Below are positions 10,391 to 20,071 of a stretch of DNA of 64,000 bases, piece after piece; position 1 is the stretch's first letter; each line of letters opens with the position of its first letter. The notes under the pieces were generated by a model that did no database searches, had not been told where the DNA came from, and saw only the letters and a list, made by a program, of their open reading frames with translations. The DNA comes from Ignavibacteria bacterium RIFOXYC2_FULL_35_21 (GTDB lineage Bacteria > Bacteroidota > Ignavibacteria > Kapaibacteriales > UBA2268). The position numbers were made by a program, and so were the translations under genes. The stretch is from NCBI GenBank assembly GCA_001804705.1, contig MHAY01000005.1, positions 11,433 through 75,432 on the forward strand, in the 5' to 3' direction.

Positions 10391-10526
10391 AAATGAATAG
10401 CCACTACTTTTAAGTAGTGGTGATGTTTCAATAGTACGATTGGAATTATCCCCTTATCTAAGAGACTAAAGTCAATTGATGAGGTTCGAACCTTTCCCCC
10501 TATCTGAAGATAGGGGCTATTCATTT
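10391..10526. repeat. REPIN/MITE-like element with ATGAATAGCC...GGCTATTCAT termini and two terminal hairpins
   Basis: Hairpins CCACTACTTTTAAGTAGTGG and CCCCTATCTGAAGATAGGGG; inverted relative at 18511-18729. Confidence 0.8.
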
Positions 10527-10561
10527 CGATTTATTTATTAATAACTTAAAGAACAAAAAAA

Positions 10562-11917
10562 TTACTTCAACTGGTCAAGCACATCGCAGAAATAAACATC
10601 ATCCTGAATTAGTTTATTTGCAATATAGCTTTTAACCATATCGCGTAATTCCGCAATATTAATCTTCTCCAAAACTTCACTTGCAAAAGCATTCAGCAAC
10701 AAGGTCTTTGCCATTTCTTCACCTATTCCTCTTGAGCGGAGATAGAAAAGCGAATCGCGGTCGAGATAGCCCGATGTAGCACCATGACTACATTTCACGT
10801 CATCCGCGAAAATTTCAAGCTGTGGTTTAGTGTGAATCTTTGCATCATCTGTCAAAAGAATATTTCTGTTCGTCTGGAATGCATTCGTTTTCTGAGCATC
10901 GGGACGAACAATAATTTTTCCGTTGAAAACTACATTTGCTTTATCATTCAAAATACCCTTATAAACCTCGTTGCTATTGCAGTTTGGCTTTGCATGGTCA
11001 ATCAATGTGTGATTATCAACGAAACTGTTTCCACCGACAAAGTAAAGCCCATTGTAATTAGTTTCGCATGCTTCTGCATCAAGAAGTGAATTTAAATTAT
11101 TCCTGATATAATTCCCTTTCAGGGTAATTGTAGTCCCGGTGAAAATCGAACCTCGTTGCTGGCTGACTTGAGTAGTTCCTACATAATACGAATTTTCATT
11201 ATTGTTCTGAATGTTATAGTATTCGACATTTGATGAGAAATCCATTACGATTTCCGAAACCACATTATTGAAGCATGGTTGTGAACCTATTGTATGGCTC
11301 GTCTCGACAATTTTAAATTGACTGCACTCACCTGCGATTATCAGGTTTCTCGGCATTGTCAAAACAGATTGTTCTCTTGCATCGGTGATAAAAAGAAGTC
11401 TGATTGGTCTTTCGACAACTGTACCGTCAGGAATGAGTATGAACGCTCCATCCTGTGCAAAGGCAGTATTCAGTGCAGAAAAACCGTTATTGTTGTAATC
11501 AGCAAATTTTCCGAAATACGCAAGCAGCTCAACGCTGTTTCTTTCGATTGCTTCGGCAAAACTCCCTATTATTATATGCCTCTTCTTTGGTTTTACATCC
11601 GAAAGTCTGGCTGAATAGAATCCATTAACAAAAACAAGTAAATGCTCATCGAGATTTTCAAATTTATATTGATTGACAATTTCCTGTGTTATTTTCTCAT
11701 CGTTTCCATTTAGACTAAGTTCAAAATTATGATTGTGAACAAAGCCCGGATTGGAAAATTTCCACTCTTCATTTTTTGCAGTAGGGAAACCAATCAATTT
11801 AAATTTATCGAGAGCATCTTTCCTGATAGTGTGTACAGCCGAAAGCCTGCTACCATTCAGCTTATTTTCAAATTCATAAAAATTCGATAATATATTATTT
11901 ATTAATTCACCAGCCAT
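10562..11917 (-). CDS. sufD: Fe-S cluster assembly protein SufD
   Basis: KPQLEIFADDVKCSHGAT, FYLRSRGI. Confidence 0.95.
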   Translation of the reverse strand: MAGELINNILSNFYEFENKLNGSRLSAVHTIRKDALDKFKLIGFPTAKNEEWKFSNPGFVHNHNFELSLNGNDEKITQEIVNQYKFENLDEHLLVFVNGFYSARLSDVKPKKRHIIIGSFAEAIERNSVELLAYFGKFADYNNNGFSALNTAFAQDGAFILIPDGTVVERPIRLLFITDAREQSVLTMPRNLIIAGECSQFKIVETSHTIGSQPCFNNVVSEIVMDFSSNVEYYNIQNNNENSYYVGTTQVSQQRGSIFTGTTITLKGNYIRNNLNSLLDAEACETNYNGLYFVGGNSFVDNHTLIDHAKPNCNSNEVYKGILNDKANVVFNGKIIVRPDAQKTNAFQTNRNILLTDDAKIHTKPQLEIFADDVKCSHGATSGYLDRDSLFYLRSRGIGEEMAKTLLLNAFASEVLEKINIAELRDMVKSYIANKLIQDDVYFCDVLDQLK

Positions 11918-11972
11918 ATCATTTTTCCTTAATTTGTCACCCTGAGCGTAGTCGAAGGGTCTAAATTAGTAA

Positions 11973-12731
11973 TTACATATCTATCTCTTTTTTAATCCAG
12001 TCATATCCCTTTTCTTCTAGTTCCAAAGCCAGCTTCTTTGTTCCCGATTTCACTATTTGTCCCTTGTAAAGAACGTGAACAAAATCGGGTATAATATAAT
12101 CCAGAAGCCGCTGATAATGAGTTATAACAACAAATGCATTATTCTCATTACTTAGCTTGTTGACACCATTTGCAACAATTTTAAGAGCATCAATGTCGAG
12201 CCCCGAGTCAGTCTCATCGAGTATTGCCAGCTTTGGCTGGAGCATAGCCATTTGAAAAATCTCGTTACGTTTTTTTTCTCCGCCGGAAAATCCTTCATTC
12301 ACTGAGCGATTCAGAAAAGTCTTGTCAATCTCTACGAGTTTAGCCTTTTCTCTCATCAATTGAAGGAAGTCCATCGCATCTAATGGTTCTTCATTCCTGA
12401 ATTTTCTCAATTCATTGAGTGCGGTTCTCATGAAGTTGGCATTAGACACACCGGGAATTTCCACGGGATATTGAAAGGCGAGGAAAATTCCTTCTCTTGC
12501 TCTTACTTCGGATGCCATGTCAAAAAGATTTTTTCCCATGTATGTAACACTTCCCTCTGTTACAATATAATCTTCTCTTCCGGCAAGAACATTTGCGAGT
12601 GTGCTTTTTCCTGAGCCGTTCGGGCCCATAATCGCATGAATCTCACCTGCATTGACTTCAAGGTTAATCCCTTTTATTATCTGGTTACCATTGATATTTA
12701 CTTTTAAATTTTCAATTTTTAATAACGACAT
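11973..12731 (-). CDS. sufC: Fe-S cluster assembly ATPase SufC
   Basis: [41 protein letters not shown]. Confidence 0.97.
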   Translation of the reverse strand: MSLLKIENLKVNINGNQIIKGINLEVNAGEIHAIMGPNGSGKSTLANVLAGREDYIVTEGSVTYMGKNLFDMASEVRAREGIFLAFQYPVEIPGVSNANFMRTALNELRKFRNEEPLDAMDFLQLMREKAKLVEIDKTFLNRSVNEGFSGGEKKRNEIFQMAMLQPKLAILDETDSGLDIDALKIVANGVNKLSNENNAFVVITHYQRLLDYIIPDFVHVLYKGQIVKSGTKKLALELEEKGYDWIKKEIDM

Positions 12732-12833
12732 TATTTTTCCTGAATATATTATTAATTCAAAAAATATTTTGCTTTAAATTTATCAAACTTTTTAAAATTT
12801 CATTCGTAATTCGTAATTTATAATTCGTAATTA

Positions 12834-14279
12834 CTAACCAACGCTTCCTTCTAAGCTGATTGCAAGCAGTTTCTGTGCTTCTACTGCAAATTCCATTGGT
12901 AATTGATTCAGAACTTCCTTTGCATATCCATTCACAATCAACCCAACTGCATCCTCAGTTGATATACCTCTCTGGTTGCAGTAAAAAATAATATCGTCAG
13001 AAATTTTTGAAGTTGTTGCTTCATGCTCGACGACAGAACTTTTATTACCAATATCAATATATGGAAATGTATGTGCTCCGCATTTGTCACCAATTAAAAG
13101 CGAGTCGCATTGCGAATAATTCCTTGAATTTGTTGCTTTAGTGTTTACGCTAACAAGTCCTCTGTAACTATTCTGGCTTTTACCGGCAGAAATACCTTTT
13201 GAAACAATCCTGCTTTTAGTGTTTTTTCCCAAGTGCATCATCTTTGTTCCTGTGTCTGCCTGCTGATAATTATTTGTCAATGCAACAGAGTAAAATTCAC
13301 CGACCGAATTATCTCCTTTAAGGATACAGCTCGGATATTTCCATGTAATAGCAGAGCCAGTCTCAACCTGTGTCCAGGATATTTTAGAATTATCACCTCG
13401 GCACATTCCTCTTTTTGTTACGAAATTATAAATACCGCCTTTTCCTTCTTTATCACCCGGATACCAATTCTGCACTGTTGAGTATTTGATTTCAGCATTT
13501 TTTTCTGCTATCAATTCCACGACTGCTGCATGAAGCTGGTTCTCATCACGCATTGGTGCTGAGCATCCCTCAAGGTAACTCACATAAGCTCCTTCCTCAG
13601 CTACTATCAAAGTTCTCTCAAACTGTCCTGATGATTTTGCATTTATTCTAAAATATGTTGATAGTTCCATCGGGCATCTTACACCTTTCGGTATATAGCA
13701 AAATGAGCCGTCACTGAAAACGGCAGAATTCAAAGCCGCAAAATAATTATCGGTTGATGGTACAACCGTTCCAATATATTTTTCAATTAAATCAGGATGG
13801 TTTTGAACTGCATCGCTCATTGAACAAAAAATAATACCAAGCTCAGATAACTTGCCTTTGAATGTTGTTGCAACGGAAACGCTGTCAAGTACAGCATCAA
13901 CTGCAATACCTGCAAGCTTTTGCTGTTCGGCAAGTGGAATGCCAAGTTTCTCAAAAGTTTTTCTGATTTCAGGGTCAACTTCCTCCAGGCTTTTTGGTCC
14001 CTCCGATGAATTCTTTGGCGCTGCATAATAATATATATCCTGGTAATCGATAGGTGGATACTTAACATTTGCCCATTCAGGCTCCTTCATTTTCAACCAG
14101 TACCTGTAAGCTTTCAGTCTCCAGTCAAGCATAAATTTCGGTTCTTTTTTCTTCTCGGATATAAACCTGACTGTATCTTCACTCAATCCTTTAGGAGCAG
14201 TGTCATTTTCAATATCAGAAATAAATCCATACTTGTAATCACTTAATGTTATTTGCTCGACTATGTTTACATCTTCCAT
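12834..14279 (-). CDS. sufB: Fe-S cluster assembly protein SufB
   Basis: [46 protein letters not shown]. Confidence 0.97.
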   Translation of the reverse strand: MEDVNIVEQITLSDYKYGFISDIENDTAPKGLSEDTVRFISEKKKEPKFMLDWRLKAYRYWLKMKEPEWANVKYPPIDYQDIYYYAAPKNSSEGPKSLEEVDPEIRKTFEKLGIPLAEQQKLAGIAVDAVLDSVSVATTFKGKLSELGIIFCSMSDAVQNHPDLIEKYIGTVVPSTDNYFAALNSAVFSDGSFCYIPKGVRCPMELSTYFRINAKSSGQFERTLIVAEEGAYVSYLEGCSAPMRDENQLHAAVVELIAEKNAEIKYSTVQNWYPGDKEGKGGIYNFVTKRGMCRGDNSKISWTQVETGSAITWKYPSCILKGDNSVGEFYSVALTNNYQQADTGTKMMHLGKNTKSRIVSKGISAGKSQNSYRGLVSVNTKATNSRNYSQCDSLLIGDKCGAHTFPYIDIGNKSSVVEHEATTSKISDDIIFYCNQRGISTEDAVGLIVNGYAKEVLNQLPMEFAVEAQKLLAISLEGSVG

Positions 14280-14361
14280 ATTTTCACCTTTAAAAGTTTT
14301 ATGAATACTTAAAAGGAATCACCCATCCCAACTGTTCTTTACATACATATCTATTTCCAAT

Positions 14362-14430
14362 GGGCAGACACATAGGTCTGTCCCAACATTTTGCATTTTA
14401 CATTTTACATTTTGCATTCTAGATTCTACA
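14362..14430 (-). repeat. GTAG-type REP hairpin with six abutting 7-bp units
   Basis: GGGCAGACACATAGGTCTGTCCCAACA followed on + by TTTTGCA TTTTACA TTTTACA TTTTGCA TTCTAGA TTCTACA. Confidence 0.75.
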
Positions 14431-14438
14431 TTTATTCA

Positions 14439-14846
14439 CTAATTCGCCGCTATTTCTTCTATCGTCGTTGTACCGAATACCTGCATTACTTTTGATTGAA
14501 GTCTTTCCATCGGGTTCTTGATTGTACAGTTAGGTGACCTGTCGCAAACCAAGCCTTTACTCGAAACAAAGCAATCAAGAAAAGATGCCTTCCCTTCCAA
14601 TGCGATGATAATGTCTTTAACAGTTAAATCAGAAGGCTTTTTGCTAAGCACATATCCACCTTTGATACCCTGTTGAGATTGTATTAATCCCTTTTTCATT
14701 AATTGCTGTAAAGTTTTAGAAAGAAATTCATATGGAATACCCATCTGTTCTGATATTTCCTTTGCAGAAATAATCTTATCAGAATGTATTGCTATGTATT
14801 GCAATGCAAGAATTCCGTACTCTATTTTCTTTGATAACTTTATCAT
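14439..14846 (-). CDS. Rrf2-family (IscR-like) transcriptional regulator heading the suf operon
   Basis: LSKKIEYGILAL, QGIKGGYVL, three C-terminal Cys (C-x8-C-x5-C). Confidence 0.9.
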   Translation of the reverse strand: MIKLSKKIEYGILALQYIAIHSDKIISAKEISEQMGIPYEFLSKTLQQLMKKGLIQSQQGIKGGYVLSKKPSDLTVKDIIIALEGKASFLDCFVSSKGLVCDRSPNCTIKNPMERLQSKVMQVFGTTTIEEIAAN

Positions 14847-14930
14847 AAATTAAATTTTTATTGATTTTCCCCCTTTGTAAAAGGGGGATTAAGGGGGATT
14901 TAAATTTACCCAAATCAAATAACGATTATT

Positions 14931-14955
14931 ATATCCGACTATTGTAATCCGATTT
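14931..14955. promoter_or_regulatory. Putative Rrf2/IscR-type operator
   Basis: Imperfect palindrome ATATCCGACTA-TTG-TAATCCGATTT (8/11 arm match) about 85 bp upstream of rrf2; resembles IscR type-1 sites. Confidence 0.55.
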
Positions 14956-15100
14956 TTCCATTTATCTAATTCAAATTATTTTTTTTATGTAAATTAATTA
15001 TCATTTGAGGTTATTATTTTCATTTTAATTCAGCACTTAGCACTAAAAACTCAACACTATTCACTATTCGTTATTCACTTTTCACTATAATTGAGGGGGA

Positions 15101-17104
15101 TTATTTTATCGGCATTTCGAGAGTGATATTAACAGTTCTGCAATAAAACCTGCCTTCAGGTAAGCTATTGTCATACAAAAGACTTTCCTCGCCAATACCA
15201 ATAATATCGGCATCTTCTATTCCCAGTAACTTAGCTGCTTCTTTTGCTCTTTTTGTTGCTATTTGCTTATTTGTTGCAAAATTCCCGATTTTATCCGTAT
15301 ATCCTGTAACTGTAACTTTTGCATCGGGGTTTATCCTCCTTTTTATATAATCAATTATATTTGAATGTTCCTCTAACAAATTAGTCTTTCCGAAATTGAA
15401 AAGAATCAATCTATAATATTCGACATTTTTACCAACCAATCCTTCCTGCCTTTTCTTTTCGATAGTAACTTTTTCAAGTGGAATTTTTTTTAATCTCGAT
15501 TGTATTGAATCTCCATCATTGTCATTTACAGTTAACCTATACATTATTTCGTTTACTGCTTCAATATTAAGAAAATCTTTTTCGGTTGGAGTCCATTCTA
15601 CAGAATTAGGTATTTGTCCCTTACCTTCGATTGTTTCAATCAGGTTATTACCGGTAGAAATTTCGATTTTCCATTTCTCAATTTCTGACGGATTTGTCAC
15701 AATGGGGTAGAACCTGAATTTCACTTTTTCAGGATTGGGAATTGTATCGAGTGTCAAAATCGGTTCAAGTATTGATTTGTTAGAAGGCAGAATCTCAACT
15801 CTTCTGTTTTCTTCCCAGGCATCATATTCTTTTGGTGTTGAATAATCTTCAGGCAAATTCCTCGCTTCAACTCCAAGTTGCTCTTCCGGGATTTTCCAAA
15901 TATCCGTAAAATAGGTTTTGACAGCTTCGGCTCTTGCAAGGGATAATTCTTTGTTGTCTTTTTCCCTGCCTATACCCGAATTTGTACCTATTAGTTTTAT
16001 ATGATAATCCGGATTATCATATAATTTTTTTCCTACCAAATTTAATATTTGGTAATAGGTTTGCATTGCATCTAAGTCGTGTATTGATTTCAAATTAAAG
16101 TCCCGGGCTTGTTCGGTTGTCAGTTTTATGTATCGTTCCGGTATCTCGGAAGAAACTTTATCGAAGAAAATATAGTTCAGGAGAGGCCTCATATTGAGGG
16201 TAACAATGTCCTCGAGTTTCAGATACAACAAGCTGAGTTCATTATTATTACTGTCCAATTTTATTGCTGTTATATCGACATCTGTTTTCTGAGGAGCTGG
16301 AAATTCAGGTAACACCGGTAAGGGCGGGGGAGAAGGAGGTATTGACATTGGTTTGGTTTCGCTGAACATTTTTCCTGCGATTGATACGCCTAAAGTCAGA
16401 GAGTTAGTTTTCCAGTTAATATCAGTTGCAATATTTGTAAAATGAAAAATATAATTTATCTCAGGTGATAAATACCAGTCTGAATAACTATCGAGAGGAA
16501 ATTTATAGGCTAATCCGAGTTTTATTCCGGCTTGAAATGAATTTACATCGGGTATTTTTCCGGATGTATCATTCCTGGTTCTTCTTCCATTATTGAAAGT
16601 CCCCCTGTTTTCCGGTTTTACTAATTGTTCATAGCTGTCATATTTACCCGATATTAAAAAGCCTAAACTTAATCCTGCTGAAGCATTAAAATTATTTGTG
16701 ATTTTATATCCTGCAGTTGGTTCCAAAGAAATTATATGAATATCTGATTTAAGATTATAGTCAAAAATTCCTTCCTGAGATTCACCATCAATAATTAAAT
16801 TAATGGATTCGGATTCGTTCATCAATCCTGAATAATAATAATATAATAATCTTGTATCAATAAAGGCATCCTGTGAAATATTAAATTTCAAAAGGGGGCC
16901 AAAAGAAAAAGCTGTCCCTGAACCGCCTGAATAATTAGGACAGCAGCTTGATACACCCGGTAAATTTTGAAAGTTTGCAACCTGGAATGATAAGCCATAT
17001 GCTCCCGAAATTCCGATTTCAGGTTTTGAAAACAAGCCTGCAGAATAAACTTGTAGGTATGATAGAACAACTATAATATATATTAAAACAATTCTTTTCG
17101 ACAT
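15101..17104 (-). CDS. OmpA-family protein (N-terminal beta-barrel, Pro-rich linker, two OmpA-like C-terminal domains)
   Basis: Signal peptide; PPSPPPLP linker; NKELSLARAEAV...ENRRVEI; GYTDKIG...PEGRFYCRTV. Confidence 0.8.
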   Translation of the reverse strand: MSKRIVLIYIIVVLSYLQVYSAGLFSKPEIGISGAYGLSFQVANFQNLPGVSSCCPNYSGGSGTAFSFGPLLKFNISQDAFIDTRLLYYYYSGLMNESESINLIIDGESQEGIFDYNLKSDIHIISLEPTAGYKITNNFNASAGLSLGFLISGKYDSYEQLVKPENRGTFNNGRRTRNDTSGKIPDVNSFQAGIKLGLAYKFPLDSYSDWYLSPEINYIFHFTNIATDINWKTNSLTLGVSIAGKMFSETKPMSIPPSPPPLPVLPEFPAPQKTDVDITAIKLDSNNNELSLLYLKLEDIVTLNMRPLLNYIFFDKVSSEIPERYIKLTTEQARDFNLKSIHDLDAMQTYYQILNLVGKKLYDNPDYHIKLIGTNSGIGREKDNKELSLARAEAVKTYFTDIWKIPEEQLGVEARNLPEDYSTPKEYDAWEENRRVEILPSNKSILEPILTLDTIPNPEKVKFRFYPIVTNPSEIEKWKIEISTGNNLIETIEGKGQIPNSVEWTPTEKDFLNIEAVNEIMYRLTVNDNDGDSIQSRLKKIPLEKVTIEKKRQEGLVGKNVEYYRLILFNFGKTNLLEEHSNIIDYIKRRINPDAKVTVTGYTDKIGNFATNKQIATKRAKEAAKLLGIEDADIIGIGEESLLYDNSLPEGRFYCRTVNITLEMPIK

Positions 17105-17259
17105 TATTTAAAATGAAAATTTAACAATCAGGCAAAATTATGAAACAGAAATTAGCAATTTCTGTTCTTTTTTCTGTAACATTATTGATTTAGAATAAAT
17201 ATTTCTCAAATTTGTATAATTAAGAGTTATCAATTAGATAAATAATTAAAGGAAAGTTT

Positions 17260-18492
17260 ATGAAACGGTTAACCTATATTATCGGTATTTTAATATTCAT
17301 TTTTATTATTAATACAAGTGTTCATTCGCAGGAGCCAAAGTTAGACAAAGGAATTTTTATTGAACATAAGAATGAATTTTGGGATACAATTAAAAAAGCA
17401 TCTGATGAATTCAATAAACCAAAAAAGGACGAGAAGAAAACTTTCAGAATGGATTTAACGGGTTATGACCTTCCCAAATCAACAAAAGAATTTACAATCT
17501 TCAAGCATACACCCCCTGTTTCTCAGGGCTGGACAGGCACTTGCTGGTGCTTTTCCGGTACATCCTATTTGGAGTCAGAGTATCAAAGACTTCAGAACAA
17601 AGAAATAAAACTATCAGAAATTTTCACTGTTTATTGGGAATATGTAGAAAAAGCCAGAAGATTTGTCCGTGAAAGAGGTAATTCACATTTCGGGGAAGGC
17701 TCTCAGGCAAATGCTGTTCTCAAAATTTGGAAGCAATACGGGTGTGTGTCTGAAGATGATTACACAGGATTACTTCCCGAACAGAAATTCCACGACCATC
17801 ACATTATGTTTGATGAATTAGAAAAATTCCTTCAATCTGTAAAGGTAAACAGTGCATGGAATGAAGATGTTGTCATAGCTACGGTCAAGACGATTTTGAA
17901 CCATTACCTTGGAGAACCACCTAAAGAAGTTCTTGCACAGGGAGCGAAAATCACACCGAAAGAATATCTTGATAATGTCGTAAAAATTAATCCGAATGAC
18001 TATGTTGATATAATGTCATTGATGGAAAAACCCTATTGGGAGCAGGTTGAGTACGAAGTTCCGGACAATTGGTGGCATGCAAAAGTATATTGCAATATTC
18101 CGTTAGATGACTATATGAAAACTCTTAAAGAGGTAGTTAAGAAAGGTTATACAGTAGCTATAGGCGGTGATGTATCTGAAGCCGGTTATATCTCCAAATC
18201 CGAAGTTGCTATGGTACCAGCATTCGACATCCCATCAGATTACATAAACGAATCTGCCCGGCAGTTCAGGTTCAGCAACGGCTCAACAACCGATGACCAC
18301 GGTGTTCACATTGTCGGATTCAAAGAAAAGGACGGTAAAATGTGGTTTCTTATTAAGGATTCAGGTAGCGGAGCCCAAAGCCACACAAATAAGGGCTATT
18401 ATTTTTATCACGAGGATTATATAAAATTGAAAATTATGTCTTTCACAGTTCATCGCTCTGCAGTCGAGGATTTATTAAAGAAATTTAAATAA
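17260..18492 (+). CDS. C1-family cysteine peptidase (aminopeptidase C / bleomycin hydrolase-like), secreted
   Basis: QGWTGTCWCFS catalytic Cys, TTDDHGVHIVG His motif, IKDSG; signal peptide. Confidence 0.85.
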   Translation: MKRLTYIIGILIFIFIINTSVHSQEPKLDKGIFIEHKNEFWDTIKKASDEFNKPKKDEKKTFRMDLTGYDLPKSTKEFTIFKHTPPVSQGWTGTCWCFSGTSYLESEYQRLQNKEIKLSEIFTVYWEYVEKARRFVRERGNSHFGEGSQANAVLKIWKQYGCVSEDDYTGLLPEQKFHDHHIMFDELEKFLQSVKVNSAWNEDVVIATVKTILNHYLGEPPKEVLAQGAKITPKEYLDNVVKINPNDYVDIMSLMEKPYWEQVEYEVPDNWWHAKVYCNIPLDDYMKTLKEVVKKGYTVAIGGDVSEAGYISKSEVAMVPAFDIPSDYINESARQFRFSNGSTTDDHGVHIVGFKEKDGKMWFLIKDSGSGAQSHTNKGYYFYHEDYIKLKIMSFTVHRSAVEDLLKKFK

Positions 18493-18510
18493 AAATTATG
18501 AGAGTAACAG

Positions 18511-18729
18511 GGATGAATAGCCCCTATCTTCAGATAGGGGGAATGTAATGAACCTAACCACATGACTTTAGTCACTAATATTTTGGAAGGATGAATAGCC
18601 CCTATCTTCAGATAGGGGGAATGTAATGAACCTAACCACATGACTTTAGTCACTAATATTTTGTAAGGTGATAAATCCTAATATTTAGCGAGAACCTTGA
18701 CCACTACTTAAAAGTAGTGGCTATTCATC
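18511..18729. repeat. REPIN/MITE-like element with an internal 78-bp tandem duplication
   Basis: Units start at 18511 and 18589 and are identical over about 75 bp; right end CCACTACTTAAAAGTAGTGGCTATTCATC; related to 10391-10526. Confidence 0.85.
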
Positions 18730-18796
18730 ATATAAATAAAAAAAAACTGCATCCTAAAGGGTACAGTTCTTTTCATTAACAATTGTTTAAATAATT

Positions 18797-19063
18797 TTAT
18801 CTAAGACTATCCAATAATTCTCTATTATATTTATTGACTGCTGTAACTCCCCATATCACACATATTAAATGTATGACTGGGGCTAAGAATAATCCTATAA
18901 TTAAAAAACATAACCAGAAATTAATAAATTCAATAATTGACATAATTATACCGCCTTTTACTGTGGAATACAATAAACCAAATCCACCAAAGAATATTGT
19001 TAATAAAACACTAACAGCTACATTTTTCGTTGGAGCATTAACCATAATTCTAGTTTCACTCAT
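18797..19063 (-). CDS. Small membrane protein (TM2-like)
   Basis: KNVAVSVLLTIFFGGFGLLY and hydrophobic helices; SD-like GAGG upstream. Confidence 0.7.
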   Translation of the reverse strand: MSETRIMVNAPTKNVAVSVLLTIFFGGFGLLYSTVKGGIIMSIIEFINFWLCFLIIGLFLAPVIHLICVIWGVTAVNKYNRELLDSLR

Positions 19064-19110
19064 ATTATCCTCTTTTTAAATAAATTATATTTAAATTCAT
19101 TAAAAAAAAA

Positions 19111-19138
19111 TTTATGGGGAGTGGATACCCCCCATAAA
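19111..19138. terminator. Hairpin, probable intrinsic terminator
   Basis: TTTATGGGG/CCCCATAAA stem flanked by A-tracts, downstream of 19163..19753. Confidence 0.55.
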
Positions 19139-19162
19139 AAAGTAAAAAAGATTTTCTAATAA

Positions 19163-19753
19163 CTATTTTCCACTGAACGGCGGATATACATCGCAATAGA
19201 AGAAATACAATTCAACCCTATTAAGCCAGCGATAATATCCTTCAACAAAATGAAACCATTTTTCCGGGTATTTCCCTGTAAATAATATTACCCACCAAGC
19301 AATGAACATAAGAATACTTGCCCAAATTCCAACAAAAATTAAACATACATAATGAGGAATCATTACATAAGCCCAACCGAATAATCCTTTCAGAATTACT
19401 TTTCCCAGACTTAATGTGGCAGGATATTCCAATTCATAAGTTATGGGATCACCTTCGTAAGTATCAGTTGTAAATTTTGGATATTTATCTGTCATATAAA
19501 CTAAATAAGCACATAGTCGCATATACCAACGATTTACACCGATATAAAAATCGAACATACTTTTAGGTATTTTGCCAGTGAATAAGATAATCCAGAAGGA
19601 AGCAAACCACACATATACTTGAGCTAATACTAAAAATGGTAGGGCAAAAAAGTGTGGAATTAAAACATATGCCCACGCAAAAAATAACCTAAGAAACAAG
19701 GTTCCTCTTGACAATTTCTCAGGATATTCAATTGAAAACTTAAACGGATACAT
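19163..19753 (-). CDS. DUF4389-like membrane protein (two tandem repeats)
   Basis: Duplicated YP..LS....IPH...ILFTGK.P...F..G..RW...D.YP.F. Confidence 0.85.
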   Translation of the reverse strand: MYPFKFSIEYPEKLSRGTLFLRLFFAWAYVLIPHFFALPFLVLAQVYVWFASFWIILFTGKIPKSMFDFYIGVNRWYMRLCAYLVYMTDKYPKFTTDTYEGDPITYELEYPATLSLGKVILKGLFGWAYVMIPHYVCLIFVGIWASILMFIAWWVILFTGKYPEKWFHFVEGYYRWLNRVELYFFYCDVYPPFSGK

Positions 19754-20071
19754 ATAGAGCTCCTCTAATTAGTGAAAGAATATTTTTGTGAAGGATAATT
19801 ATTTATCATAACATTAACGATTATTTTTAATTAATTATGATTTTTCTTCATATTTTTTACACATTATTCTTAATGCAGGACTGAATTTGTATCTATTATT
19901 AATTTCATTTAATAATTCATTAAGCAAAGATTAATTATTTTTTACCTAACCCGTAAACATCTTCATTTTTAAACTAAAAAATATATTCTTAAAAAACAAG
20001 GAAAAACTTTTTTTATTTCCCCCTTTCCTTAATGAGTATTTATTTTTCCCCTTTTCTAATAGGAGAAAAAA

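Noticed and set aside
18511..18666. 78-bp tandem repeat as a CRISPR array
   Set aside because: Only two units with identical 'spacers'; no cas genes; matches a REPIN-like element at 10391.
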